Below, one piece after another: positions 19,733 through 29,502 of a stretch of DNA of 64,000 nt. Origin of the DNA: Thermoplasmata archaeon. Lineage in GTDB: Archaea > Thermoplasmatota > Thermoplasmata > Lutacidiplasmatales > UBA184. Each line of letters begins with the position of its first letter. Position 1 is the first letter of the stretch. The DNA lies in NCBI GenBank assembly GCA_022750155.1, contig JAKIWG010000002.1, positions 20,947-84,946 of the forward strand, in the 5' to 3' direction. The position numbers and the translations under genes were made by a program. The notes under the pieces were generated by a model. The model saw only the letters and a program-made list of their open reading frames with translations, was not told where the DNA came from and did not search any database.

Positions 19733-21034
19733 GTGCCGGATGATTTTGACGTCATCATAGTGGGAGCCGGCATGGCCGGCTGCGCGGCCGCGATCCGCCT
19801 CGCCCAGGGGGGCGCCCGCACGCTGCTCCTCGAGCGAGGGGCGGAAGCCGGTGCGAAGAACCTCTCCGGCGGGATCCTGTGGGGACACGACCTCGACGGG
19901 ATCCTCCCCCGGTGGTGGGAGGAGATGCCGGTCGAGCGCCACATCGTGCGAAAGCGCTTCGGCGTACTGACCCCGGAACGGGCCGCCTCCTTCGTCTTCT
20001 CCGACCCTGCCTGGACGAAACCCCCCTACGTCGCCCACGCCGTGCTCCGGGCACGGACCGACGCGTGGCTGGCGAAGAAGGCCGAGGAGGCCGGCGCCAC
20101 CGTCGTCACTTCCGTCCCCGTCGACCGTCTGAACTGGGAGGGCACGAAGGTCCACGGCGTGGTGCAGGGAGGGGAGACGATGACGGCCCCGGTCACGCTC
20201 CTGTGCGATGGAGCGAACTCCCGCCTCTCCCTCGGGACCCCGATCCGCCCGAACCCGCGTCTTCCGGCCGACGCCACCGAGCTCGGGATCAAGGAGGTCT
20301 ACCGGTTGCCCCGGGAGACCCTCGAGGAGCGATTTCAACTCTCCCCGCACGAGGGTCACGCCGAGGAGTGGATCGCCGGGATCTACCCCCCGGGAGTGAT
20401 GGCGGGCGGCTTCCTGTACACGAACGAGGACACGATCTCCCTCGGCCTCATCCTCAACATCGGCTCGCTGTTCGGCAAGGGGGTCTACTCGCACGACCTC
20501 ATGGAGCAGTTCAAGCTGCACCCGGCGATCTCGGCCCGACTGGACGGGGCGGAGCTCGTCGAGTACGGTGCGAAGCTGATCTCCTCCGGCTGGGCGAGCC
20601 GCCCGTCGGCCTGGCACGGGGAGGGGTGGATGGTCGCGGGGGACGCGGCCGGGTTCGTCTTCTCGAACGGCCTCGTGATCCAGGGCATGAACTATGCGGT
20701 CCGCACGGGTCTCGCCGCGGCCGAGGCGGCCCTCGCCTCGACGGCGTCGAAGGACCCATCCGCGGCGCAGCTCGCCGAGTACGACCGTCGGCTGGAATCG
20801 AGCGGCGTGGTCGCCGACTTCCGGGATTTCGAGGGGCTCGACCGCGTCAAATGGAACCCGAGGTTCTACTCGGCCTACCCCAGGATGGCGACGGCGGTGC
20901 TCGCGGGGTTCCTCGCCGACCCGTCGGAGTCCTCAGGGACGCTCCTCCACCGACTGCGCGACGTGCAAAAGGAGGTCGGAGTCTCGCTCCGCGGGCTCGT
21001 CGGCGACGGGATCGACCTCGTCCGCAACGTATGA
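19733..21034 (+). CDS. fixC: FAD-dependent oxidoreductase, FixC / ETF-quinone oxidoreductase-like
   Basis: DFDVIIVGAGMAGCAAA Rossmann motif; it converges on the etfAB genes. Confidence 0.75.
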   Translation: MPDDFDVIIVGAGMAGCAAAIRLAQGGARTLLLERGAEAGAKNLSGGILWGHDLDGILPRWWEEMPVERHIVRKRFGVLTPERAASFVFSDPAWTKPPYVAHAVLRARTDAWLAKKAEEAGATVVTSVPVDRLNWEGTKVHGVVQGGETMTAPVTLLCDGANSRLSLGTPIRPNPRLPADATELGIKEVYRLPRETLEERFQLSPHEGHAEEWIAGIYPPGVMAGGFLYTNEDTISLGLILNIGSLFGKGVYSHDLMEQFKLHPAISARLDGAELVEYGAKLISSGWASRPSAWHGEGWMVAGDAAGFVFSNGLVIQGMNYAVRTGLAAAEAALASTASKDPSAAQLAEYDRRLESSGVVADFRDFEGLDRVKWNPRFYSAYPRMATAVLAGFLADPSESSGTLLHRLRDVQKEVGVSLRGLVGDGIDLVRNV

Positions 21035-21037
21035 GAT

Positions 21038-22027
21038 TCAGCGACCGCGTACCCGACGGACCTCGGCGGTGAGCGCGGGGACGAGCTGGAACAGGTCGCC
21101 GGCGATCCCGTAATCGGCGACCTTGAAGATCGGGGCCTGGGCGTCGGAGTTGATCGCGACGATGACCCGGGAGCTGACCATGCCGACCAGGTGCTGGATG
21201 GCCCCGGAGATACCGATGGCGATGTAGAGCTGGGGGGAGACGGATTTTCCCGTCTGCCCGACCTGGAGCGAGGAGGGGCGCCATCCGGCATCGGTCACCG
21301 CCCGCGACGCCCCGACGGCCGCGCCGAGCGACTCGGCGAGGGCTTCGACGATCGCGAAGTTCTCCGGCGTCTTCACCCCACGTCCCCCGCTGACGACGAT
21401 CGACGCCTCGGCGAGGTCGGGACCCCGGCCCGTCGCCGACGCGGTGAACCCCGTCATCGTGGGGGCCCCGACGGGAACCTGGGGCAGAGTGGGGGCCCTG
21501 CGCTCGACCGGGGCCGCGTCGGCCGACGCGGCCGCCGGGGGGAACGTGTGGGGCCGGAGGGCCAGCACAGCCCGCTCTCCCGGGAGCTCGAGCCCCTGGG
21601 TCGCGCGCCCGCCGAAAATGGGCCGGGTCAGCTGGATCGGGCCGGGGGCCAACGGCTCGACGGCGGTGACGTTCGTCGCGACGCCTGCCTCCCACTCGAC
21701 CGCCAGCCGGCCGGCGAGGTCGCGCCCCTCCGAGGTCCCGGCAAGGAGGACGACCCGGGGGGCGAGCTCGCGAAGCAGTTCGGCGACCGTGCGGGCCCGG
21801 GCCGAGCTCGTCGTCCGGGCGAACGGCTCGCCCTCGACCGCCACGACCCGGTCGAGGCCCGCCCGGGAGAACTCCCCGACCCCCTCCGACGCAGGGGGCC
21901 CGACGTAGACTCCGATCACCGTCGCGCCGGCCCCGCCGATGCTCCGAGCGACGCCGATCGCCTCCCGGACCGGTTCGACGAGCCGCCCGTCGCGAAGCTC
22001 GGCCACGACGACCACTGCGCCGGTCAA
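21038..22027 (-). CDS. etfA: Electron transfer flavoprotein alpha subunit (FixB); start uncertain, the ORF is open upstream
   Basis: C-terminal FAD-binding region [19 protein letters not shown] and the ETF alpha fold. The upstream in-frame sequence overlaps etfB. Confidence 0.75.
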   Translation of the reverse strand: MTGAVVVVAELRDGRLVEPVREAIGVARSIGGAGATVIGVYVGPPASEGVGEFSRAGLDRVVAVEGEPFARTTSSARARTVAELLRELAPRVVLLAGTSEGRDLAGRLAVEWEAGVATNVTAVEPLAPGPIQLTRPIFGGRATQGLELPGERAVLALRPHTFPPAAASADAAPVERRAPTLPQVPVGAPTMTGFTASATGRGPDLAEASIVVSGGRGVKTPENFAIVEALAESLGAAVGASRAVTDAGWRPSSLQVGQTGKSVSPQLYIAIGISGAIQHLVGMVSSRVIVAINSDAQAPIFKVADYGIAGDLFQLVPALTAEVRRVRGR

Positions 22028-22821
22028 GGGAACACCTTCGCCTCCTCGCGCAGGAGGCGCACCAGCTGTGCGGCAGCGTCCTGCGGCGAGTCGTATCGGA
22101 TCATCTTCGCCCCCGTGCGGGGGGGAGGCAGTCGGAAGGTGCGACGCACCGTCCCGGGGATGGCGTGCGGTCCGAGGGTGGCGACGGTCGCTTCCCACGG
22201 GATCTTTTCGATCGCCGCCTTCCGGGATTTCAGGATGTTCGGGAGCTTGGCGGTACGGGGGTCGTTCCACGCCTGCTGGAGGCCGACGACGAGCGGGAGG
22301 GAGGACTCGACCTCCTCCAGGCCCCCCTCGATCGACCGTTGGAGGGTCAGCTGCCCGCGGGGCTCCTTCCATCGGAGGTTCGTCGCGTACCCGAGGGACG
22401 GCACCTTCAGCAGGGCGCCAAGCGCCCCGGCAAAGATCCCTCCCTCCTCATCCCCGGACTGGCGTCCGCAGAGGACGAGTCCGGAGAACGGCCCCGCGAT
22501 CGCCGTCGCGATGCACCGGGCCGACAGGACCGCGTCCGGGAGGAGGTCCGACGGATGCTCCACCCACGTCGCCGAGTCGCACCCGAGGGCGACGGCGGCC
22601 CTCAGCACCTCCTCGGTGCGGGGGGCCGGTCCGAACGAGAGGACGCGCACGCGGGAGCCGACGGTCGATTCTTTCAGGAGCAGCGCCTGCTCCACCGCGG
22701 ATTCGTCGTAGCCGGCGAGGACGAACTTCACGCCCTCCGGGTCGAGTGAGGCATGGGAAGCATCTGGGCGGAGCCGCGTCTCCGCCTCGGGGACCGGCTT
22801 GACCGCGACGACGATCTCCAC
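22024..22821 (-). CDS. etfB: Electron transfer flavoprotein beta subunit (FixA); GTG start
   Basis: [13 protein letters not shown]... ETF beta N-terminus. The rest of the 498-aa track ORF is antisense junk. Confidence 0.75.
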   Translation of the reverse strand: MEIVVAVKPVPEAETRLRPDASHASLDPEGVKFVLAGYDESAVEQALLLKESTVGSRVRVLSFGPAPRTEEVLRAAVALGCDSATWVEHPSDLLPDAVLSARCIATAIAGPFSGLVLCGRQSGDEEGGIFAGALGALLKVPSLGYATNLRWKEPRGQLTLQRSIEGGLEEVESSLPLVVGLQQAWNDPRTAKLPNILKSRKAAIEKIPWEATVATLGPHAIPGTVRRTFRLPPPRTGAKMIRYDSPQDAAAQLVRLLREEAKVFP

Positions 22822-22832
22822 GACCGCGGCCC

Positions 22833-23983
22833 CTAGGCGTACCGCCGCAGGAGCTCGCGCGCGATGACGATCCGTTGGATCTCGTTCGACCCCTCGTAGA
22901 TCTGGGCGAGCTTGGCGTCCCTCAGCAGCTTTTCGACCGGATACTCCTTCATGTACCCGTAGCCGCCGAACACCTGGATCGCCTCGTCGGCCACGCGCAT
23001 GGCGGCGTCCGAAGCGAAGCACTTGGCGATCGACGACTCGAGGGTCCCCTTGCGGCCGTGGTCGATCTCCCAGGCGGCATTCCACGTGAGCAATCGGGAG
23101 GCATGGACGTCCTGGGCCATGTTCGCGAGCTTGATCTGGATCGCCTGGTGCTCGCTGATCGGCTTGCCGAAGGTATGGCGCTTGAGGGCGTAGGCCGAGG
23201 CGTGGTCGAGTGCCGCCTGCGCGATCCCCGTGGCGAGCGCACCGATGGGGGTGCGGGTCTGGTCGAGGGTGCGCATCGCGATCGAGAACCCGTCGCCCTC
23301 GGCCCCGAGTCGGTTGGCCACGGGGATGCGGGCCTTCTCGAAGCGGACGGTGCTGGTCGAGGAGGCGCGGTGACCCATCTTCTCCTCCTCGCGTCCGACC
23401 GTGACCCCCTCGGTGTCCCGGGGCAGGTAGAACGCGCAGATCGACTTGTGGCGGAGTTCCGGGTCGGTCGTCGCGAACACGGTGTAGAGCGACGCGTGGG
23501 GACCGTTGGTGATGAAGCACTTCTCCCCGTCGAGGACGTAGTGGTCTCCGTCCCGCGTCGCCCGGGTCTGGAGGGCGCCGGCGTCGCTCCCCCCACCGGG
23601 CTCGGTGAGGCAGAAGGAGGCGAGGTGGTAGCTGGAGCAGAACGGGGTGAGGACCGACTGCTTCTGCTCCGGGGTGCCGCCGAGCAGGATCGGTTCAAGG
23701 GCGAGGCAGTTGGCGATCACCGAGGTCGTCATGCCCGCGCAGGCGTGGGCGAGCTCCTCGACGATCACGCACTGGTCGACGAGCCCGAGCCCGCTCCCGC
23801 CGTACTCCGTCGGGATGTTGAGGTTCATCAGGCCGAGCTCCCAGGCCTTTCGCATCACTTCCTCCGGGAAGCGGCCCAGGCGGTCGCATTCGGCCGCCCG
23901 GGGGGCCATTTCGGTGCGCGCGAACTTGCGGGCGAGCTCCTGCAGACTCCGCTGCTCCTCGCTCAACCCAAAATCCGGCACCC
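22833..23983 (-). CDS. Acyl-CoA dehydrogenase (second copy); GTG start approximate
   Basis: ACAD fold with a C-terminal IYEGSNEIQR motif. The chosen start is VPDFGLSEEQ. Confidence 0.75.
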
Positions 23984-24011
23984 GTTCCCTCGAGGTCGCG
24001 CGCCAATCGGA

Positions 24012-24794
24012 ATGCGCTATATGATGTTTCAGTGGTCCGTTCGCGTGCGCGCGCCCCCGGGTCGGAGAAGGCCCTCCCCCGCAGGCCGGGTCCTCACCGT
24101 GGCCGGAGTCGCGCGCTACGACGCGGCCCGGGGACGACGTACCGGGGTCCCCGAGGTGATCCTGGCCGAGGGCAAGCGAACGGAGGAGCTCGTGCAGATC
24201 CTGCGGGCACTGTTCCGTGCGCATCGGGGGGCCCTGGTCTCCCGACTCTCCCCAGCCCAGGTCCGGGGATTGAAGTCCGCTCGAACCGTCGAACGACTCC
24301 CCATCACATTCCGGGCGCGGGAACGGGTGGCCGTCCTCGCCGGTTCGTTGGGAACACCCCCCGCTCAGGGACTCGTCGCGGTGGTGACCGCGGGCACCTC
24401 CGACCTGGCCGTGGCGGAGGAGGCCGAAGCGGTCCTCGAAGCGCTCGGCATCCGGTTCACCCGAGAGTATGATGTCGGCGTCGCCGGCCTCCATCGGCTG
24501 CTGTCCGCGGTCCGCCGCCTCGAGCGGAGGCGCCCGGACCTCTACCTAGCCTTCGCGGGTCGGGAGGGCGCCCTCCCCACGGTGCTCGCCGGCCTGGTCC
24601 GGGCGCCCGTCGTCGGTGTGCCCACCTCGATCGGGTACGGCCGAGGGGGCCGGGGGGAGGCCGCCCTCTCCGCCATGCTCCAGTCGTGTGCGCCGATCGC
24701 CGTCGTCAACATCGACGGGGGGGTGCCGGCGGCCCTGTTCGCCGCCCAGCTCCTGGGCGCGCGTTCCCGTCGTCTCAATCCACGAATCCCATAG
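24012..24794 (+). CDS. PurE-fold protein, LarB-like (AIR-carboxylase family)
   Basis: VAVVTAGTSDL...VGVPTS..G...L.S.L PurE-type motifs; the length of about 260 aa fits LarB better than PurE. Confidence 0.6.
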   Translation: MRYMMFQWSVRVRAPPGRRRPSPAGRVLTVAGVARYDAARGRRTGVPEVILAEGKRTEELVQILRALFRAHRGALVSRLSPAQVRGLKSARTVERLPITFRARERVAVLAGSLGTPPAQGLVAVVTAGTSDLAVAEEAEAVLEALGIRFTREYDVGVAGLHRLLSAVRRLERRRPDLYLAFAGREGALPTVLAGLVRAPVVGVPTSIGYGRGGRGEAALSAMLQSCAPIAVVNIDGGVPAALFAAQLLGARSRRLNPRIP

Positions 24795-24828
24795 CCTTTT
24801 GTTAGGCCGCGAACCTACGCGCGACGCC

Positions 24829-25734
24829 ATGGGCCGGACGCAGCTCTCGGAGGAGGCCGAGCGCGAGGAGGAGGAGGGCCGCGAGCGCTTCCACGCCGCC
24901 GAGACCAAACTTCGCGAACTCGGTTCCCGCCGTCAGTTGCTCCTCGACCAGGTCCACCAGCTCTCCGACCTCCAGAAGTCGCTCTACGACCGGCGTCAGC
25001 CCAAGCAGCAGCAACTCGATGACCTGCACAATGCCCACCGGGAGGTCGGCCACCAGCTCTCGGAGGCCCGGCGCCGGCGCGACGCGCTGCGGGCGGGCAT
25101 CGAGCAGGCCCTGATCGACGTCCGGATGGTCCGCCAGGAGCTCCCCAAGGGGGACCACGCCCGACCCGAGCAGCTCCGCCGGGAGATGGCCCAGCTCGAG
25201 CTCCGTCAGCAGACGCACGCCGTGCCGCTCGCCGAGGAGAACGCGCTCATCGGTCACCTCCGGGCGCTGCGAAAGCAGCTTCTCGTGGCCGAGAAGGAAC
25301 AGGGGGTCGTCGAAGCCCACGAGGCCCGCCGGAAGGCCGCCGACGAGACCCTCAAACAACGCCGTCTGGAGCTCGACCACCTGTCGGCCGAGGTTCAGAG
25401 GTTGCACGTGGAGCGCGACCGGAAGATGGAGGCGATGCGGAGCGTCCTGTTGGAGGTGGGCCAGCTCGTGGCCGAGATCCGGGAGAAGGGCCGACAGCGC
25501 GCCGAGGTCATGACCCGTCTCGACACCGCCAACCGACAGTTCATGGAGGTCGACCGGGAGTGCGGCGAGCTCATCGAGGCCTCCCGACGGCGCCGCCAGG
25601 AGGCTCGCCAGACGATGGGAGAGTACAATCGCGCGGTCCGCTCCAGCGTCTCCGGCCAGTCGGTGGTCGACCGGACGGCCGAGGCCCAGCTCGCCGAGCT
25701 CCTCAAACGCGGCCGGGTCACCCTGAGCGGGTAG
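24829..25734 (+). CDS. Archaeal coiled-coil protein (COG1340-like), hypothetical
   Basis: About 300 aa of heptad-rich R/E/Q/L sequence. Confidence 0.5.
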   Translation: MGRTQLSEEAEREEEEGRERFHAAETKLRELGSRRQLLLDQVHQLSDLQKSLYDRRQPKQQQLDDLHNAHREVGHQLSEARRRRDALRAGIEQALIDVRMVRQELPKGDHARPEQLRREMAQLELRQQTHAVPLAEENALIGHLRALRKQLLVAEKEQGVVEAHEARRKAADETLKQRRLELDHLSAEVQRLHVERDRKMEAMRSVLLEVGQLVAEIREKGRQRAEVMTRLDTANRQFMEVDRECGELIEASRRRRQEARQTMGEYNRAVRSSVSGQSVVDRTAEAQLAELLKRGRVTLSG

Positions 25735-25749
25735 ACCGGTCTTCCGGGC

Positions 25750-26712
25750 CTACGCGGCCGGGACGCCGGGGAAGACGTTGACGACGGTGACCATGAAGAT
25801 CAAGGTCTTGCCGACGACCTCCTGGTTGTAGTCCTCGGTGTAGGTGCCGTGGACCGGGTCGACGGCGGTCACGATGAACTTCCCGCCGCTCGCCGACGAA
25901 CATGGGCCTTTCCCGGAGAAGTCGCTTCCGACCACCAGTCCCGCCTGGCTTGGGGTCAGTTGGTTGACGAGGGTGATCTGCCCAGTCCCGTTGGCCGTGG
26001 AGGCGACGGCCGTGACCTCCACATTCCAGCCGGCGGGGTGGGCGGTGTCGCCGACCTGGGCCAGGTTCTCGACCGTGACGTAGGAGGAGTTGGCGCTCAG
26101 CACGAGGACCTCCCAGCCGTAGTGGGAGTCCCGGAACTCGGAACCGGAGGCGGCCAGCGCGCCGGGGTACTTCGCATTGAACGCCACGCCCGGCATCGTC
26201 TGGACGACGGGCAGGTATTGGGTCAATGGCTGGACCGACACGCACGCCGGGTTCGTGTACCCGTAGCCGAGCGCCGGGGGCACGATGACCGTCTCGGTCT
26301 GGTTCGGGAGGACCCCGACCAGGCCCTGCCAGAAGCCGGTGACGACCTGAATGAAGGAAAGATTGCCGAGCGAGTAGCCGGATTGGGGGGTGTTCCCGCC
26401 GACGTGGACGGCGAGGGGGGTGTAGTTCGAGGCCTGGAGGCCGCGGGCGTGGTACTCGATCGACTTCGGCCACGCCGCCGAGTTCGACCCCACGGCGTAG
26501 ACGGAGGTATCGAAGACCTTCCCGGCTTCGGGGCCGGAACCGTAGATCCCGATGTAGTTGACCGTCACGTTGTCCCCGACCTGGACCAGCCTCGGAGCGG
26601 CCGGATTGGACGGTCGGGAATGGTAGTACAGGTAGGCGGAGCCCGCACCCGCCCCGATGAGGACGATGGCGATGATGACGACGAGCGGCGTCCAGGAGAA
26701 CTTCGGGGGCAT
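25750..26712 (-). CDS. Membrane-anchored FKBP-type peptidyl-prolyl isomerase
   Basis: N-terminal TM anchor and FKBP motifs VTVNYIGIY...G.VFDTS plus a C-terminal LIFMVTVVNV. Confidence 0.65.
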   Translation of the reverse strand: MPPKFSWTPLVVIIAIVLIGAGAGSAYLYYHSRPSNPAAPRLVQVGDNVTVNYIGIYGSGPEAGKVFDTSVYAVGSNSAAWPKSIEYHARGLQASNYTPLAVHVGGNTPQSGYSLGNLSFIQVVTGFWQGLVGVLPNQTETVIVPPALGYGYTNPACVSVQPLTQYLPVVQTMPGVAFNAKYPGALAASGSEFRDSHYGWEVLVLSANSSYVTVENLAQVGDTAHPAGWNVEVTAVASTANGTGQITLVNQLTPSQAGLVVGSDFSGKGPCSSASGGKFIVTAVDPVHGTYTEDYNQEVVGKTLIFMVTVVNVFPGVPAA

Positions 26713-26972
26713 CGCGCAGATTCCTATGGGGGAGTGGGGGTCAGCATGTCGCAGGTCTCGTCACGGAATCGGAGAGACAGGTGTTCCTCATTCCCCCAGC
26801 CCCCGAACCGGGGGGTCATATAAATGGAGCGGGCCGCTGAGTCGACCCGCCGCGGGGAGGGTCGCGAAGGTGAACCGAACCTGCCGAGAGGATCCGCCGC
26901 AGAGTAGGGTGGGCGGGATTCCCAGCGCACCGTGGCACGCAGCGCGGTTCTCGCCCGTCGGAGCGGGTCGGT

Positions 26973-27299
26973 TCAGCAACGGGTCTTGGCCCATTCCAGG
27001 AGGGCCGAGGACCACGGGCGGGGTCGGGCGGCTCCGGCCGCCGGCGGATGCGCGGTCGCCCAGCACGGGAGCGTCATCCCCGCCGGTGAGACGAATGCGA
27101 GCAATCCTAGGAGAGGGGCCCCGATGGCGGCCGGCCCGGCCCACTCTCCCGGTCGGAGGAGACCGAGGAGATGACCGCCCCAGAGCGCCCCGCCGACCAC
27201 CACCGTGCCGACCAAAGCCCCGGAGACGGGCTTCGCCCAGCCGCCCCGGGGGTTGGGAACGTCAGGCGCGGTCGCGGAATCGGTGGGGGGCGCAGGCAT
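26973..27299 (-). CDS. Small hypothetical membrane protein, leaderless
   Basis: Two hydrophobic helices, and an A/T-rich TATA-like element 25-32 nt upstream of the ATG (from the sequence). Confidence 0.35.
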   Translation of the reverse strand: MPAPPTDSATAPDVPNPRGGWAKPVSGALVGTVVVGGALWGGHLLGLLRPGEWAGPAAIGAPLLGLLAFVSPAGMTLPCWATAHPPAAGAARPRPWSSALLEWAKTRC

Positions 27300-27347
27300 T
27301 GGTGCGCATAAATGCGCATAGGATGTATTTGAACCCCGGGGATTCGT

Positions 27348-28160
27348 TCAGGCCCGCCGGAGCCGACCCACGATGGGCTCCTCGAGCGTACCGGCTTCTT
27401 CGAGGCGGTTGAGGAGCCGCTCCGTGTGCTCCTCGGACCAACCGGCCCGAGCGCACCGCTCCTGCAGATCCCGAAGGTCCGCGTAGCCGTCGATCGAGGA
27501 GTCGCTCAGCTCGTCGACCAGGTCGAGGAACTCGGATTCCTGGGCGCGTTCGGAGGCGGTGGGCGCGGGTGAGCCAGGTTCCGGAATCGGCGCGACCGTT
27601 CTCGTTACGTGCCCCGGTGCGAGCGCCTCGGGACTCCGAGAACTTCCCGCCCGCGGCGCAGGGGTTCCCACCGGGTCGAGAGCGTCCACGACCGGACGTA
27701 GAAGATGTCGGTAGCTCGCGAATTCCGCCTCGGGATACCGCGCGCGGGAGGCCCGAGCCGCCTCGACCCATATCGCCGGGGGCGCCCCTTCCGGACCGGC
27801 GACCCTGGGGTGCGACCCAGTGGGGCCCGACTCGACGAGTCGGAGGCGGGCGAGGGACTGCGTGAGTATCTCGGAGTACACGTCCCGAAGCTCTGGGGGC
27901 TCGAGCCCGCGGATCGCCTCGACCCGGACTGAGGGACGCTCACTCCCATCCCGGGCCCGGTAGAGGTGGGCCTTTCCGACCACGAGGGATGCGACCGGCT
28001 CCTGCACGGCCCCCAACTGTTCCAGCCCCCTCGGTTGAAAGCTTCCTGCGGTCAGCGCCACCTCTCCCGTGGGGTCGGCGAGCCGTGACCTCAGGAACCC
28101 GGTCGCCCCGGGGGCCCCCTGGGGGGGTTCGATGGTTCCCGCGATCAGGACCCGGCTCAT
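27348..28160 (-). CDS. RPA-associated protein (RPAP, COG3390-like); internal ATG start
   Basis: It is directly downstream of rpa. The MSRVLIAGTIEPP... OB-fold start matches the RPA-associated proteins of Euryarchaeota. The upstream 220 codons of the track ORF are Arg/Pro-rich junk. Confidence 0.6.
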   Translation of the reverse strand: MSRVLIAGTIEPPQGAPGATGFLRSRLADPTGEVALTAGSFQPRGLEQLGAVQEPVASLVVGKAHLYRARDGSERPSVRVEAIRGLEPPELRDVYSEILTQSLARLRLVESGPTGSHPRVAGPEGAPPAIWVEAARASRARYPEAEFASYRHLLRPVVDALDPVGTPAPRAGSSRSPEALAPGHVTRTVAPIPEPGSPAPTASERAQESEFLDLVDELSDSSIDGYADLRDLQERCARAGWSEEHTERLLNRLEEAGTLEEPIVGRLRRA

Positions 28161-28276
28161 CCGAGCACCGTACGGGGAGACCAGGTGCGTCGCGGCCCGA
28201 TCGCCGGCCCCTTTTTCCTCGGAGCGGGCCGCCCGGAGCTCCGCGGTGAACACCCTCCATGCCACCTCGCGCGCGG

Positions 28277-29446
28277 TCAGGGCGAACCCCCCTCGAGCGC
28301 GCGGCGGAATCCGACGATCGACGCGTTCGGGACGGGGGCCGCCGGGGCCCATCGGTCGGCGAAGATCGTGACGCCGAACTCGTTGTGGACCGCCCTGCCC
28401 TCCACGAGGAAACGCCGACCGAACGTGCTCGACGACAGCATGTCCTCGAGGGCGGGTAGCTGGGCCGACGCCGCCCCGATACACTCGTCGAGGGTGCGAG
28501 CCAGGAGGGCCTCGGTCAGGGAACGCCCGAGCTCCACGGTGGCGGTCCCCGTCCCGTCGTCGAGGACGACTCGGGCCCGTAGGTCGGGGTAGCCCGACAC
28601 GTTGCCGTGGGTGCGACACACCCCCAGGGAGAGGGTCCGACGGCACTCGGGACATCGATGGACGAGGCCGCTCGGGGGCAGCACCCCCAACGCCCATCCC
28701 GCGACGGAAACACCGGCGGTGCCCAGCCGTCCCTCCAGATCCGCGAGAGTAAGGGTCGGGACGACGGCCAGCTCGTCGGCCGACGGAAGGTGACCTTCGG
28801 GCAACGGCTCGACCGTGCAACGCTCATCGAGTGTCACTTGAGGCTGGTCGCGGAACGACCGAACCACGGCGCCTCGGATCCGATACGCCGATCCCGGATC
28901 GAGATGGAAGTCGGACCATGCGGTGAACGGGATCTTTCCGGACGAATCGGCGAGCGTGCCCTCAAACAGCGTCTTCGCCTCCCCCCGGACCTCAACGGAC
29001 TTCGAGCGAACCGCGAGCACTCGAGCTTCCAGCCGGAACGAATCTTGACCGGGGGCGAGGTCCGACACGTCCGAGAGGGGCACCTCCTCGTCGGGAACGA
29101 CCGGGAGCTCGGATTCCTCAGCCGGCAGGACCCGTGTCCTCGAGTTGAACGTGAGCTCCGAACGCCCCCGGAACTCCCGGATCTGGATGTTCACCGCGCG
29201 TAGGAGAGTCCCGACCTCCACCTCCTCGTTCGGCGGGTCCCACCACGTGAAGCGGACGGTGGCCGTCCCGTCCGTCAGCAGCCCGGAGAGCACCGGACGG
29301 CTCCCCCCGTCCGACCGTCGTACCAGGTCGCGACGCTCGGCCCGTACCACGCGTCCTACGACCATCAGGGCACCCTCCATGGGCCGGAGGTCCCGCAGTC
29401 GGACCTCCCGGTAGTTCGGCGCGTCCGAGTCCGCCGGCAGTTCCAT
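28277..29446 (-). CDS. rpa: Replication protein A (single-stranded DNA-binding), OB folds plus a zinc ribbon
   Basis: Multiple OB-fold segments and the C4-type ribbon HRCPECRRTLSLGVCRTHG. Confidence 0.75.
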   Translation of the reverse strand: MELPADSDAPNYREVRLRDLRPMEGALMVVGRVVRAERRDLVRRSDGGSRPVLSGLLTDGTATVRFTWWDPPNEEVEVGTLLRAVNIQIREFRGRSELTFNSRTRVLPAEESELPVVPDEEVPLSDVSDLAPGQDSFRLEARVLAVRSKSVEVRGEAKTLFEGTLADSSGKIPFTAWSDFHLDPGSAYRIRGAVVRSFRDQPQVTLDERCTVEPLPEGHLPSADELAVVPTLTLADLEGRLGTAGVSVAGWALGVLPPSGLVHRCPECRRTLSLGVCRTHGNVSGYPDLRARVVLDDGTGTATVELGRSLTEALLARTLDECIGAASAQLPALEDMLSSSTFGRRFLVEGRAVHNEFGVTIFADRWAPAAPVPNASIVGFRRALEGGSP

Positions 29447-29502
29447 GAACGCTTCCCACGCCGGGAGCGGTTCAGGGGTTATAGCCCTCGAGAAGGCCGT
29501 GG

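Noticed and set aside
22875-24794. 639-aa fused plus-strand ORF
   Set aside because: Only the last 261 codons (from the ATG at 24012) form a PurE-fold protein. The first 380 codons are antisense to the second ACAD gene.
26657-27412. 251-aa Arg/Pro-rich ORF in the FKBP-RPAP intergenic region
   Set aside because: Low-complexity RRRP/GG composition with no motif. The region looks non-coding on the plus strand.
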